NCBI GenBank assembly: GCA_963795855.1
Contig: CAWCIZ010000005.1
Coordinates: 29,434 to 93,433 of the forward strand
DNA: 64,000 bases
Reading direction: 5' to 3'
Source: Vulcanimicrobiota bacterium
Lineage (GTDB): Bacteria > Vulcanimicrobiota > Vulcanimicrobiia > Vulcanimicrobiales > Vulcanimicrobiaceae
The notes below the pieces were generated by a model. That model was given only the letters and a program-made list of their open reading frames with translations, was not told the DNA's origin and did not search any database. Positions 63,423-64,000 of this stretch are shown here, one piece after another (the first letter of the stretch is position 1; each line of letters begins with the position of its first letter). The position numbers and the translations under genes are program-made.

Positions 63423-64000
63423 TTGCTCAACAAGCTCGTATCGGCAAACGACGACGTACGCCGGTTAGTCGCGAAGGGCTACGCCGTCGCTTTTGACAGC
63501 AACTATCTAATTATCCGCGATGTGCCGTATCTCGACAGCGCTAAGGCTCTCCAAATCGGGGTACTCGTTTCAAACATCGTATTTGTGGATCACATCCACA
63601 TTAAGCAAAAAGATCATCAGATATTGTTTGCCGGTTCTGTCCCGTACAATATTGATGGAAATCCCATCCCAAATCTCGCTGGCGGTCCAACTACACTCGC
63701 GCTAAGTTCAAACAGCGCCGACGTAGTAGTGCAGCGCTCATTTTCGAATAAGCCGCGCAGCGGCGCATTTCAAGATTTTTTCGAAAAGATCGAGAACTAT
63801 GTCGCGATCATCTCTGGCCCAGCGATGGGCTGGTACGATGTCAACCCCTATACGTTTCGGAGCGTATTGGAAGAGGGACAAAATAGCGTATTCAAGTTCA
63901 ATGACACACTGACAAGCCTGGCAGAGATCACTGATCTCTCCGCCAAGTTTGCCGACGATGTCGTCGCCGTCATAGGTCTCGGCGGCACCGGTTCGTATGT
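63423..64000 (+). CDS. E1/ThiF-family adenylyltransferase with DUF6791-like N-terminal domain (3' truncated; not in ORF track)
   Basis: Frame open from TTG 63423 to the window end: LVSANDDVRRLVAKGY...RDVPY...DHQ..F.G...FSNKP...VAVIGLGGTGSY (ThiF nucleotide-binding motif). Confidence 0.8.
   Translation, partial: MLNKLVSANDDVRRLVAKGYAVAFDSNYLIIRDVPYLDSAKALQIGVLVSNIVFVDHIHIKQKDHQILFAGSVPYNIDGNPIPNLAGGPTTLALSSNSADVVVQRSFSNKPRSGAFQDFFEKIENYVAIISGPAMGWYDVNPYTFRSVLEEGQNSVFKFNDTLTSLAEITDLSAKFADDVVAVIGLGGTGSY

Larger units (their letters stand above)
62135..64000. mobile_element. Edge of an integrated element / genomic island inserted in comM (continues beyond window)
   Basis: comM truncation, abrupt shift to AT-richer sequence and codons, defence-type cargo; no integrase within the window. 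Confidence 0.75.

Noticed and set aside
1..64000. tRNA, rRNA, CRISPR arrays, transposases or integrase
   Set aside because: None recognised by eye in this window; not formally excluded without tRNAscan/Rfam.

Overview
GC-rich bacterial chromosomal segment, densely coding. Its gene content (TonB-dependent receptors together with hemQ, DUF1800/DUF1501, a SigW-type ECF module and GAAC-N4-GTTC SOS-type boxes) suggests a diderm Terrabacteria-type organism such as Ca. Eremiobacterota; this is an inference. About 14 single-base frameshifts in otherwise intact conserved genes look like long-read assembly errors. Main blocks: TonB receptor (0.6-3.4 kb); WYL regulator with divergent VOC pair; split leucine-catabolism (liu) cluster; DUF1800/DUF1501; two-component system plus ECF sigma/anti-sigma envelope module; pyrKDFE-hisC; argS, rlmH, dprA, nrdR, dut, panE, hemQ; and a 15-kb TonB/ABC/peptidase cluster that probably degrades D-amino-acid-containing peptides. 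At about 62.15 kb comM (yifB) is cut by an AT-richer integrated element. Its first cargo genes are a YjzC-like protein behind two SOS-type boxes and a ubiquitin-like protein followed in frame by an E1/ThiF enzyme, which runs off the window. Other notable signals: a roughly 85-bp structured element with compensatory changes, found twice just upstream of start codons; an ArgRS whose HIGH motif is replaced by VVVQ; and several small ORFs missing from the ORF track. Family names come from motif recognition, not database searches.
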